Origin: Christensenella sp. UBA7102
GTDB taxonomy: Bacteria > Bacillota > Clostridia > Christensenellales > UBA1750
Reading direction: 5' to 3'
Assembly (NCBI GenBank): GCA_002492415.1
Contig: DKYK01000046.1
Location: 22,835-63,640, forward strand
DNA: 40,806 nucleotides
Under the pieces are notes generated by a model that was not told where the DNA came from, made no database searches, and worked only from the letters and a program-made list of their open reading frames with translations. This document shows positions 17,829-26,140 of the stretch, one piece after another. A program made the position numbers and the translations under genes. Numbering within the stretch: the first letter of the stretch is position 1; each line of letters begins with the position of its first letter.

Positions 17829-19433
17829 ATGAAACTGGACATCATCTGCCAGCCCGACCGCGTGCGCGCGGAATTGGAGAGTGAAACCGTTCCTTTGCAC
17901 CTCAACGCCGGCCTGTGGCAGGCGCAGGGAACCGCGCTGCGCATGACCATGGAACAGGAGACCCTTCAGATCACGCTGCTGACCTCTGTACAGCCCGTGC
18001 GCCGCGTTTTCCTGCGCTGGAACCGCCCCGTTGTCCCCGGTCGCGTGCTGGGCGATCACTGGGAGCGCGGCTATGGCGATCTGGAATGGCGCGGCATCGT
18101 GCCCGAGCGCGTGTTGCCCTGGTTCTTCCTGCATCATGACGGCATACAGACCTGCGGCGCGGGTGTGCGCACCCGTCCCAACGCACTGTGCTGGTGGCAG
18201 GTGGACGCGCAGGGCGTCACCTTAGCGCTGGACGTCCGCTGCGGCGGCGTGGGCGTGGCGGTACACGGACCGATCGACCTGTGCACCGTCTGCGAACTCG
18301 TCCCCGATGCGGGTGAATCCTCGTTTGCCGCCTCCCGTCGCTTGATGCGCCGGCTGTGCACCGCTGCTCGCCTGCCCAAGGCGCCTGTCTATGGCGGCAA
18401 CAACTGGTACTATGCCTACGGCGTCAGTTCCACGCAGGATATACTCGCCGACGCCGCGCGCGTCGCCCGCTGGGCCGAAGGGCTGGCCAACCGCCCCTTT
18501 ATGGTCATTGACGATGGCTGGCAGATCCAGCACGGCGGCGGCTACAACGGCGGCCCCTGGGACGCATCCAATGCCGATTACCCTGACATGCGTGCGCTGG
18601 CGGACGGCATTCGGGCCATGGACGTGCGCCCCGGCATCTGGCTGCGCCCGCTGCTCACGCGCAGGCCCGTGCCCGACGCATGGAAGCTGCAGCGCCCCAT
18701 CCCGTCCGACCAGCTGCACGGCGGCTGCGTGCTGGATCCCACGGTTCCCGGCGTGCTGGAGGAAATCAGCGAGATGTTCCGCGGGTTGGAAACCTGGGGC
18801 TATGAACTCATCAAACAGGACTTCACCAGTTTTGATCTGCTGGGCCGCTGGGGCTTGCAGTACGGCGCGGCGATTACCGACGACGGCTGGGCCTTCGCCG
18901 ACCGCACCAAGACCACTGCGATGGCGATCCGGGATCTCTACGACGCGATGCGTCGCGGCGTGTCTGACGAGACGCTGCTGATGGGCTGCAACACCTTCCC
19001 GCACCTGTCTGCGGGCGTGTTCGAGCTCAGCCGCACGGGTGATGACACCAGCGGCCGCGTCTGGGAGCGCACGCGCTTCATGGGCGTCAACACGCTGGCC
19101 TTCCGCATGCCGCAGCACGGCATCTTCCAAGCCTGCGACGCCGACTGCGTGGGTCTGACGCGCGCGGTAGCATGGGAAAAGAACGCGCTGTGGCTGGATG
19201 CGCTGGCGCGCAGCGGCACCCCGCTGTTCGTCTCCGCCGCGCCCGATGCCGTCGGCCCTGAGCAGGAGCGCGCGCTCAAGGCCGCCTTTGCGATCGCCTC
19301 CCGGCCGCAGGCACCCGCCGAACCGCTGGATTGGATGGACACTACCTGTCCCGCCCGCTGGCGCACCGATACCGGCGACTTCGCCTATGATTGGTGCGGC
19401 GACTTCGGCGCCGAGCCGCTTGCGCGCGTCTAA
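17829..19433 (+). CDS. clan GH-D (GH36/GH27-like) alpha-glycosidase
   Basis: NNWYYAY, IDDGWQ, GIWLRP, LDPT.P, LIKQDF (nucleophile) and RTGDD (acid/base). Confidence 0.78.
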   Translation: MKLDIICQPDRVRAELESETVPLHLNAGLWQAQGTALRMTMEQETLQITLLTSVQPVRRVFLRWNRPVVPGRVLGDHWERGYGDLEWRGIVPERVLPWFFLHHDGIQTCGAGVRTRPNALCWWQVDAQGVTLALDVRCGGVGVAVHGPIDLCTVCELVPDAGESSFAASRRLMRRLCTAARLPKAPVYGGNNWYYAYGVSSTQDILADAARVARWAEGLANRPFMVIDDGWQIQHGGGYNGGPWDASNADYPDMRALADGIRAMDVRPGIWLRPLLTRRPVPDAWKLQRPIPSDQLHGGCVLDPTVPGVLEEISEMFRGLETWGYELIKQDFTSFDLLGRWGLQYGAAITDDGWAFADRTKTTAMAIRDLYDAMRRGVSDETLLMGCNTFPHLSAGVFELSRTGDDTSGRVWERTRFMGVNTLAFRMPQHGIFQACDADCVGLTRAVAWEKNALWLDALARSGTPLFVSAAPDAVGPEQERALKAAFAIASRPQAPAEPLDWMDTTCPARWRTDTGDFAYDWCGDFGAEPLARV

Positions 19434-19459
19434 AATAGCAGTAAAAGGGGACGATTTTC

Positions 19460-20701
19460 ATGCAGCGCAGCATCCGTGGCCGTGCAAAGGCCATCGCGTG
19501 GCTGTGTACGCTGGTGTATTTTGCCAGCTATGTCATGCGCATCAACTTTACCGTGATGCTGGTCAAGGTGTGCAGCGATATGGGCGTGGATAAGCTGGAA
19601 CTGGCGGGAGTTGTCGCGGGCCTGACCATCGCCTACGGCGCCGGGCAGATCGTCAGCGGCCTGATGGGCGACCGCATTCGCCCGGCGTTGCTGCTCACCT
19701 GCGGACTGTGCCTGGCTGCGGCCTGTAATTTGGCGATGTCCTGGAGCAGCTCAGTCCCGGTGATGACAGCGGTGTGGAGTCTCAATGGCTTTGCGCATGC
19801 GCTGCTCTGGCCGCCCATTGTGCGCCTGATGAGCACCTATCTGACCGATGGCGAGTACGGCTATGCCGCCGTGCGCGTCTCGTGGGGTTCGTCCGTCGCC
19901 ACGATTCTGCTCTACCTGCTCTGCCCAGCGCTGCTGGGCGCCCTAAGTTGGCGGAGTATCCTGCGCCTGTGTGCGCTCGTGGGGCTCGGCGTGGCGCTCG
20001 TTTGGAGCCTGGCATCCCGCCGCGTGCTCACCGAACCCGTGCGCAGCGCAGACGGTGCAGGCGATGCCGCGCCCGCTCGCTCCGCGCTGCCCCGGTTTGT
20101 GTACGCGCCCATTGCGCTCATCATGCTGGGCATCATCGCGCAGGGCATGCTGCGCGACGGCGTCACCAACTGGATGCCTTCCTACCTGCTGGAAACCTTC
20201 GGCCTGCCCGAGGAGCAGGCCATCGTCATCACCGTGATTCTGGCGGTGTTCAGCATGGTGAGCTTCTCGGTGTTCGACTGGGTGCAGCGCCGTTTCCTGC
20301 ATAATGAGGTGCTCTGCTCAGCGGTGATCTTTGCGGGCGCAACGGGCTGCGCGCTGCTGCTGTGGCTCGTCAGCCAGACCGCGTCCGTGGCGGTCAGCGC
20401 GCTGCTGATGGCGCTCATCGTTGGGTGTATGCACGGCATCAACCTGATGCTCATCACCGTAGTGCCCAAGCGGTTCGCAAAAAGCGGGCGCGTATCCACC
20501 TATTCCGGGCTGCTCAACGCCTGTACCTACATCGGCGCGGCGCTGTCCACCTACGGTTTTGCTGCGCTGGCGCAAAGCGCGGGCTGGCGCTTTACCATCC
20601 TGACCTGGGCGCTCACCGCGCTGTTCGGGTGCGCGGTGTGCGCTGCCGCCACGCCGCTCTGGCGTCGGTTCCGACGCGATTACGCAGATGCAATGGATTG
20701 A
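19460..20701 (+). CDS. MFS transporter (GlpT/OPA-like)
   Basis: About 12 TM segments; YFASY..R.N, YGAGQIVSGLMGDR and W.P.YL motifs. Confidence 0.88.
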   Translation: MQRSIRGRAKAIAWLCTLVYFASYVMRINFTVMLVKVCSDMGVDKLELAGVVAGLTIAYGAGQIVSGLMGDRIRPALLLTCGLCLAAACNLAMSWSSSVPVMTAVWSLNGFAHALLWPPIVRLMSTYLTDGEYGYAAVRVSWGSSVATILLYLLCPALLGALSWRSILRLCALVGLGVALVWSLASRRVLTEPVRSADGAGDAAPARSALPRFVYAPIALIMLGIIAQGMLRDGVTNWMPSYLLETFGLPEEQAIVITVILAVFSMVSFSVFDWVQRRFLHNEVLCSAVIFAGATGCALLLWLVSQTASVAVSALLMALIVGCMHGINLMLITVVPKRFAKSGRVSTYSGLLNACTYIGAALSTYGFAALAQSAGWRFTILTWALTALFGCAVCAAATPLWRRFRRDYADAMD

Positions 20702-20711
20702 AAATGCAGCG

Positions 20712-20749
20712 AAAAAGCCTCCGTTTCGTTCATGAAACGGAGGCTTTTT
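20712..20749. terminator. bidirectional terminator
   Basis: AAAAAGCCTCCGTTTC/GAAACGGAGGCTTTTT perfect inverted repeat. Confidence 0.85.
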
Positions 20750-20755
20750 ACCACC

Positions 20756-21304
20756 CTATTCCAGTATGTACGGCGCGCTTTCGCCCTCGAAGAGGATGCC
20801 CTGCGCGTTGGATAGATGGATGTCTTCCAGGGGTAGCGCACCCTGTGGAGAGCCCTGCGGACAGTGCACATGCAGCGCCTGCGGCAGCAGGTCGATGCCC
20901 GCACCCTGCGCCGCGGAAAAGATCATGCTGCCCGCGCTCACGCCCAGCACCACTCCGCGCTCCGCCGCAAGATAGGCGCGCAGCGCCTCGCCAAACCGCG
21001 CTTCTTTGACGCGCCCGGCAAGGTATTTTGTGTCCCCGCCGCAGAGGTAAATGCAGTCAAACGCGGCGATTTCCCGCTGTGTCATCGGCATGTGCAGGTC
21101 ATAAATCGTGATGTTTTCCCGGCGGATCCCAGCGTTGTACAGGTCCTCCAGGCACTTGGGCAGCACCTCGATGGCGTCGCAATTCACCGCTGCAGTGGGA
21201 ATGAACAGCGCGCGGGCGTTCGCGGCGCGGCAGGGCAGCAGGCGCACAAAGGCGCGCAGCAGTACAGGGTTTTCCAGCCCTGTGCTGGTGAGCAGCAGCT
21301 TCAT
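20756..21304 (-). CDS. peptidase E (S51) / class I GATase-like protein
   Basis: KLLLTS.G, FIPTA, LCGGDT..L and GVSAGS nucleophile elbow. Confidence 0.82.
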   Translation of the reverse strand: MKLLLTSTGLENPVLLRAFVRLLPCRAANARALFIPTAAVNCDAIEVLPKCLEDLYNAGIRRENITIYDLHMPMTQREIAAFDCIYLCGGDTKYLAGRVKEARFGEALRAYLAAERGVVLGVSAGSMIFSAAQGAGIDLLPQALHVHCPQGSPQGALPLEDIHLSNAQGILFEGESAPYILE

Positions 21305-21310
21305 TTTCGG

Positions 21311-21925
21311 TCAGTCCTCCCAGTTGGTTTGATGCGCCGGAATGCCCATCGCCTCGCACGCACGCACCACGTCCGCACGCCCCTGGGCGTCGCCGACGCG
21401 GTAGTGCAGCACCTGCCCGCGGAATACCACATACTTGGTATTGTCCGCGCGAAAGTCGCAGAACCAGGGCGTGGACGCGCCGGTAGCGCCCTTGAGCGCG
21501 CTGGAAAGGCGCTGCGGCAGGTCGATTTGGCTGCAGCTGAAGGTCAGCGCTGTCCAGTACCGCGGGTGCCCCTGCGTGCGCCAAAGCTCTACGCGGTGGA
21601 TGTGCAGCACGTCCAGCAGATCCTCATCCTCCAGGCTTTCCTTGATGAGTACGCCCGTGTACAGCCCTGCCTCAGCCGACGTGAAGACCTGCCCGCAGAC
21701 GTGCTCCTCGTGCAGTGCGTCGGCCTCCATTTCGTCGCGCAGCAGCACATCCAGCGTCACGCGCAGGCTGTCGCTCAGGCGGGGCAGCTTGTCCGGGTCG
21801 GGCAGCGCAAGGCCCGCTTCCCACTTGGCCACAGACTGCCGCGACACCTCCAGTAACTCGGCCAAAGCTTCCTGCGTCATGCCCCGCGCCCGGCGCAGCA
21901 GCTGCACCTTTTCTCCGAATTTCAT
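21311..21925 (-). CDS. XRE-family HTH regulator fused to an uncharacterised C-terminal domain
   Basis: LRRARGMTQEALAELLEVSRQSVAKWEAG; AAGGAG RBS before ATG 21925. Confidence 0.85.
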   Translation of the reverse strand: MKFGEKVQLLRRARGMTQEALAELLEVSRQSVAKWEAGLALPDPDKLPRLSDSLRVTLDVLLRDEMEADALHEEHVCGQVFTSAEAGLYTGVLIKESLEDEDLLDVLHIHRVELWRTQGHPRYWTALTFSCSQIDLPQRLSSALKGATGASTPWFCDFRADNTKYVVFRGQVLHYRVGDAQGRADVVRACEAMGIPAHQTNWED

Positions 21926-22059
21926 GCGTATTCTCCTTACGAAGTCTTCATTTTCCGGGCTTTCCGACTGACTCCCAGCATACGCCGGATGCCTCGAAAA
22001 CGCAATCAACCGCCGGGTGCACTTATGCAACCGCTGCTCTAAACCGCTCCTGCGGAAGT

Positions 22060-22908
22060 TCAGAATAGCTGAATTTCCAGCGTCAGCGAAAGATTTTCAC
22101 CAGGCTGTACCACGTGGACGCCCTCTTTGTGCGTCAACTCGCCGTCGTGGTCGTGTGCGTCATCCAAGCCCAGCCACGGCTCAATGCAGACATAGGGCGC
22201 GCCGGATTTGGCCCAGATGCCCACATAGGGCGCGCCGCCAAAGGTCACGCGCACCACGTGCGCAGACGCCGCGCTGTGCACGTCCACATAGTCGGATTTC
22301 AGCCCCTTGAGCGTGTAGGCGTCGTGGTCAAAGGTGTGCGGCAACACCGGGTAGACGGCGGAATTGTACAAAAACGGTTCTTTTTCGGCCTTTCTGAGCC
22401 CATCCGGACCGAAACGCTCGGCATCCACTGTCTCCGCGCAGGGGAAAACCAGCCGGGCGTCCGTCGCGTTGATCGCGGGATGTGCGCCCAGTGAGCAGAC
22501 CATCGCCTCATCGCCCAGATTGTGCGCACAGTAGGTAAAGCGCAGACCCTGCTGCGTCAGCTGGTAATTCGCGCTCAGGCGGTAGCGGAAGGGGTAACTG
22601 GCCTCATACAGCTTCCAATCGTCAAATGCCAGCGTGATGGCGTCGGCGGATTGCTCGGCCACGGCAAAGTTCGTGCTGCGCGCAAAGCCGTGCTTTTCCA
22701 TCTCGTAGCGCTTGCCGCGGTAGGTATAGCCGTTATTTTTGAGCTTTCCCACAAAAGGGAACAGCAACGGCGAGTGCCCCGTCCAGTACGCGGGATCCCC
22801 CGACCAGATGATTTCATACCCGTCAGCCTTGGCCGTTAGCTGCGTCAGTTCCGCTCCTCTGTCGTTGAGCACTGCGCGGAAAAACTCGTTTTCGATGGTG
22901 TACAGCAT
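22060..22908 (-). CDS. aldose 1-epimerase family protein (LacX-like)
   Basis: GAEL, W...SPLLFPFVG, HGFAR, GAHPA and CIEPW; GGAGGA RBS. Confidence 0.9.
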   Translation of the reverse strand: MLYTIENEFFRAVLNDRGAELTQLTAKADGYEIIWSGDPAYWTGHSPLLFPFVGKLKNNGYTYRGKRYEMEKHGFARSTNFAVAEQSADAITLAFDDWKLYEASYPFRYRLSANYQLTQQGLRFTYCAHNLGDEAMVCSLGAHPAINATDARLVFPCAETVDAERFGPDGLRKAEKEPFLYNSAVYPVLPHTFDHDAYTLKGLKSDYVDVHSAASAHVVRVTFGGAPYVGIWAKSGAPYVCIEPWLGLDDAHDHDGELTHKEGVHVVQPGENLSLTLEIQLF

Positions 22909-22944
22909 GGAGAAGTCCTCCATTTTATGTGATGAGATGGTTTC

Positions 22945-22973
22945 ATTATAGCGCGCATTTGCGCTGCGGGCAA
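22945..22973 (-). promoter_or_regulatory. promoter for lacX-like gene
   Basis: TTGCCC-17 bp-TATAAT. Confidence 0.6.
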
Positions 22974-23019
22974 GCAAAAGAGGGCGCGATTGCGCCCCCA
23001 TGTGGAGTTGAAAACCGAT

Positions 23020-23964
23020 TCACTTGGTTTTGAGCGGCAGCGTATTGACATCCACGTGTGTCTCAATCATACCCGAGTCGTAGAGGAACTGCTCGGTGGC
23101 CTGCAGGCTGTCCAGGTCCGCCTGCGAAATATCCATGGAGAAGTCGTACATCGCGTACATTTCCTTGACCGCTTCGATGTCCATATCGATGGCGGCGGAT
23201 GCGGTGGCCAGCGCTTCCTCCGTATTGGTGTCGATGTAGTTCAGGATGGCCTTCTGGTTTTCCACGAAGGCTTCGATGATGGCGGGATTTTCGTCGTAGA
23301 ACTTCTGAGAAGTGGCCGTGACGATGGTCGCGGCGATCAGGCCCTGGCCGTTGGTGACCAGATGCTTGCCGGACTTTGCGGCGTTGTAGGCCACAGGGCC
23401 GGCGAGAAGCGCGCAGTCCACGCTGCCGCCCTCAAGACCTGCGAGCGAGGAGGGGATGTCCATGGAGACGAAGTTCACGTCCTCCAGCGTCATGCCCGCA
23501 GTGGCCAGGTAGGCCACCAGCAGCTCGTGCAGATTGGTGCCCTTGGGGCCGGCGATGGTCTTGCCCGCCAGGGATTCGGGCGAGGTCAGGCTTTCGTCAT
23601 TGGAGAAGAGCATGAAGGCCTCGGGCGAGCGGGAGTACATGGAGATGATCTTAATGTCCAGGCCGTTGGCGGCGGCCAGCAGCACCGAGGTGCCGCCCAC
23701 CGCGTTGAGAATCTGGATGTCGCCCGAGGCCAGCGCAGCGGTCTGATCCGCGCCGCTGTTCAGGTCGGAATAGGCGAATTTCAGTCCCATTTTCTCGTAT
23801 GCGGCAGCCAAGCTTCCCTGATGCTTCTCAATGATAGAAGGCACGTTGAGCGGGGATTCGACGTAGGTTGCGGTCACGGTATCCACCGTGTACTTGCCGG
23901 GAGAGCAGGCGGCCAGGGAGAACATCAGAGCCGCGCAGAGCAGGAGCGAAAGCAGTTTCTTCAT
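23020..23964 (-). CDS. ABC substrate-binding lipoprotein, SsuA/TauA/NMT1 family
   Basis: Lipobox LAAC; ALASGDIQ, LAGKTIAGPKGT and GSVD motifs. Confidence 0.85.
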   Translation of the reverse strand: MKKLLSLLLCAALMFSLAACSPGKYTVDTVTATYVESPLNVPSIIEKHQGSLAAAYEKMGLKFAYSDLNSGADQTAALASGDIQILNAVGGTSVLLAAANGLDIKIISMYSRSPEAFMLFSNDESLTSPESLAGKTIAGPKGTNLHELLVAYLATAGMTLEDVNFVSMDIPSSLAGLEGGSVDCALLAGPVAYNAAKSGKHLVTNGQGLIAATIVTATSQKFYDENPAIIEAFVENQKAILNYIDTNTEEALATASAAIDMDIEAVKEMYAMYDFSMDISQADLDSLQATEQFLYDSGMIETHVDVNTLPLKTK

Positions 23965-23994
23965 GAAAATGGACCTCTTTTCTGTGTATTTTGG

Positions 23995-24705
23995 TTAAAG
24001 AGACTTCAGGGCCTCCATAACGGACTTTTTGATGGAGAGAAAGGGTTCGGTGAGAATGTCGCGGCAGCCGGTCTGTGCGGGCAGCTCGTAGCTGCGCGCC
24101 GCCCGACCGTCCGAGAGCAGTACGATGCGGTCGCCCAGAATCAGCGCTTCATCAATATTGTGCGTGACCAGAATCACGCCGCAGTCCTTCTCCCGACGGA
24201 TGCGCAGCAGCTCCTTCTGCATGGTTTCGCGGGTGAAGGAGTCCAGCGCGGCAAAGGGCTCGTCCATCAGGATGAGCTGCGCATCGCGCATCAGCGTCCG
24301 CGCCAGCGCTGCGCGCTGCTGCATGCCGCCAGACAGCTGCGCGGGGTACGCGCGTTCGAATCCGGAAAGGCCCACCAGCTGCAGCATCTGCCGCGCCTTT
24401 TCAGGCGTTGGACGGCGAATGCCCAGTGTCACGTTGCGCTCCGCCGTCAGCCATGGCATCAGCCGCGCCTCCTGGAACATGATGCCCATGCGAAGGTCCG
24501 CGGGCAGAAGAATTTGGCCGGAATCGGGCTGCAGCAGTCCGGAGAGCAGTCGCAGCAGCGTGGTCTTGCCGCAGCCGCTGCGCCCAACCAGCACCGTAAA
24601 GCCGCGCGCGTCCAGGGTCAGATCCAGGTCCCGGAGCACCGGGATGGAGCGCCCTTCGATGCAGAAGCTTTTGCACAGATGGGAGATGAGTATGGCCTCA
24701 GACAT
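23995..24705 (-). CDS. ABC ATP-binding protein (SsuB/TauB-like)
   Basis: GRSGCGKT, FQEARLMPW, LSGGMQQR and MDEPFAALD. Confidence 0.92.
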   Translation of the reverse strand: MSEAILISHLCKSFCIEGRSIPVLRDLDLTLDARGFTVLVGRSGCGKTTLLRLLSGLLQPDSGQILLPADLRMGIMFQEARLMPWLTAERNVTLGIRRPTPEKARQMLQLVGLSGFERAYPAQLSGGMQQRAALARTLMRDAQLILMDEPFAALDSFTRETMQKELLRIRREKDCGVILVTHNIDEALILGDRIVLLSDGRAARSYELPAQTGCRDILTEPFLSIKKSVMEALKSL

Positions 24706-25465
24706 CGGCATTGCCCCCTTTCGGCGTCAGGCGGCGAATCAGCAGCCCGAACAGCGCATCCGTGACGAACCCCACTGCGCCGATGAGCAGGATGCCCACG
24801 AGCACCTTGTCCGATCGCGACAGCGCCTGCGCGTCCAGAATCATGTATCCCAGGCCGCTTGCCGCCGCGATCATCTCCGCGCCCACAATGGCGCGCCAGC
24901 TATATCCCAGTCCGATGCGCATACCCACCAGCACGCTGGGCATCGCCGCAGGCAGCTGGATGCGGAAAAAGCACTCCGTCCGGCTCATCTCCAGGCTGCG
25001 CCCCACCTCCAGCAGCTTGGGATCGCACTGGGACAGACCCGCGTTGGTATTGAGAAAGATGGGGAAGAAGGAGGTCAGCACGATGACAATGATCTTGCTC
25101 GTCTCCCCAATGCCGAACCACAGGATGAGCAGCGGGATGAGACTCATGGGCGGCACATGCCGTAGAAATTCCAGTATATGGCGGTAGTACGGATCGGCGC
25201 CCGGCGCAAGGCCCGTCAGCACGCCCAGCAGGAACGCCAGCGCAAACGAGAGGACAAATCCGACGAGCACACGCCACAGACTCGCCGCCAGATTGCGCCA
25301 CAGCTCGCCGGAAGCCGCCATGCTCACGAAGGTGCGCGCCACCCGCTCCGGGCCGGGCAGCACGTAGGCGGAGAAGATCCCCGCGCGGCTGACCCATACC
25401 CAAATGAGCAGCAGTGCAGCCAGCACTGCCAGCGATTTTAGCGCATTCCCCTTCTTTTTTCGCAT
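24698..25465 (-). CDS. ABC permease (SsuC/TauC-like)
   Basis: LP.P, PLLILWFGIGE, EAA-like loop and GAEMIAA.SGLG; AAGGGGG RBS. Confidence 0.9.
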   Translation of the reverse strand: MRKKKGNALKSLAVLAALLLIWVWVSRAGIFSAYVLPGPERVARTFVSMAASGELWRNLAASLWRVLVGFVLSFALAFLLGVLTGLAPGADPYYRHILEFLRHVPPMSLIPLLILWFGIGETSKIIVIVLTSFFPIFLNTNAGLSQCDPKLLEVGRSLEMSRTECFFRIQLPAAMPSVLVGMRIGLGYSWRAIVGAEMIAAASGLGYMILDAQALSRSDKVLVGILLIGAVGFVTDALFGLLIRRLTPKGGNADV

Positions 25466-25493
25466 TCGATAACCCCCTTGTATATGCGCATAT

Positions 25494-25537
25494 AAAAAAC
25501 GGGACGCTTTTTTGCTGCACAAAAAAGCGTCCCGTTT
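25494..25537 (-). terminator. leader terminator upstream of the ABC permease
   Basis: 18-bp perfect stem AAACGGGACGCTTTTTTG/CAAAAAAGCGTCCCGTTT plus T-tract, 5' of the RBS. Confidence 0.85.
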
Positions 25538-25655
25538 CCTATCGCATAAAGGACGGTCTTTCTTCCCGCGCAGCACAGTCTTTGCGGTAAGCAATCCACA
25601 TCAGGTTCCCATTCGGCTTTGCAAAGGGCCGCAGCCCGCTGCGCAGTCGATGCCG
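25494..25655 (-). ncRNA. putative cis-regulatory (riboswitch-like) leader, class unassigned
   Basis: About 190-nt leader between promoter and CDS, with an enclosing stem, a candidate antiterminator and a terminator. Confidence 0.5.
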
Positions 25656-25659
25656 TTTC

Positions 25660-25688
25660 ATAGTAGCATGCGGCAAAAAAATTGTCAA
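25660..25688 (-). promoter_or_regulatory. sigma-A promoter for ABC importer
   Basis: TTGACA-17 bp-TACTAT with extended TG. Confidence 0.75.
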
Positions 25689-25696
25689 GCGGGGAT

Positions 25697-25749
25697 TGAC
25701 AGAACTGTCTAATGCTGTTAGACTATAATTGTCTAAAGGCATTAGACAG
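25697..25749 (+). promoter_or_regulatory. blaI promoter with palindromic operators
   Basis: TTGACA at 25697; palindromes GACAG-AA-CTGTC (25698-25709) and TTAGAC-N7-GTCTAA (25718-25736); half-site TTAGACAG (25742-25749). Confidence 0.7.
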
Positions 25750-25762
25750 GAGGGGGATATGG

Positions 25763-26140
25763 ATGGAAACTTTGAAACTGGGTGAAATGGAGCGCAGGTT
25801 TGCAAATTTGATCTGGATGCACGCGCCGGTGAGCACACGCGCGCTGGTGGAGCTGGCGGCGCAGGCGTTTGGCTGGAAACGCACCACCACGTACACCATG
25901 CTCAAGCGCCTTTGTGAGCGCGGGCTGTTTGCAATGCAGGACGGGCGGGTGAAGGCGCTGGTGACGCGGCAGGAATTTGAGGCCGCGCAAGGAGAACAAT
26001 TCCTCAGCGAACACTTCGGAGGATCGTTGCCGCGGTTCCTCGCGGCCTTTACCAGCCGAAATCGCCTCAGCGCACGGGAGATTGAGGAGATTGAAGCGCT
26101 GATTGAGCAGCACCGGGAGGAGGAAGAAGAGCATGGCTGA
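25763..26140 (+). CDS. BlaI/MecI/CopY family repressor
   Basis: L.E.E......IW, WKRTTTYTMLKRLCERG and F.GSL..F..AF motifs. Confidence 0.92.
   Translation: METLKLGEMERRFANLIWMHAPVSTRALVELAAQAFGWKRTTTYTMLKRLCERGLFAMQDGRVKALVTRQEFEAAQGEQFLSEHFGGSLPRFLAAFTSRNRLSAREIEEIEALIEQHREEEEEHG

Noticed and set aside
25540-25655. Canonical TPP, SAM-I or cobalamin riboswitch call
   Set aside because: Only fragments match; CTGAGA, the SAM-I ATC.AGAG core and cobalamin P5 pairing are missing, so the class is left unassigned.
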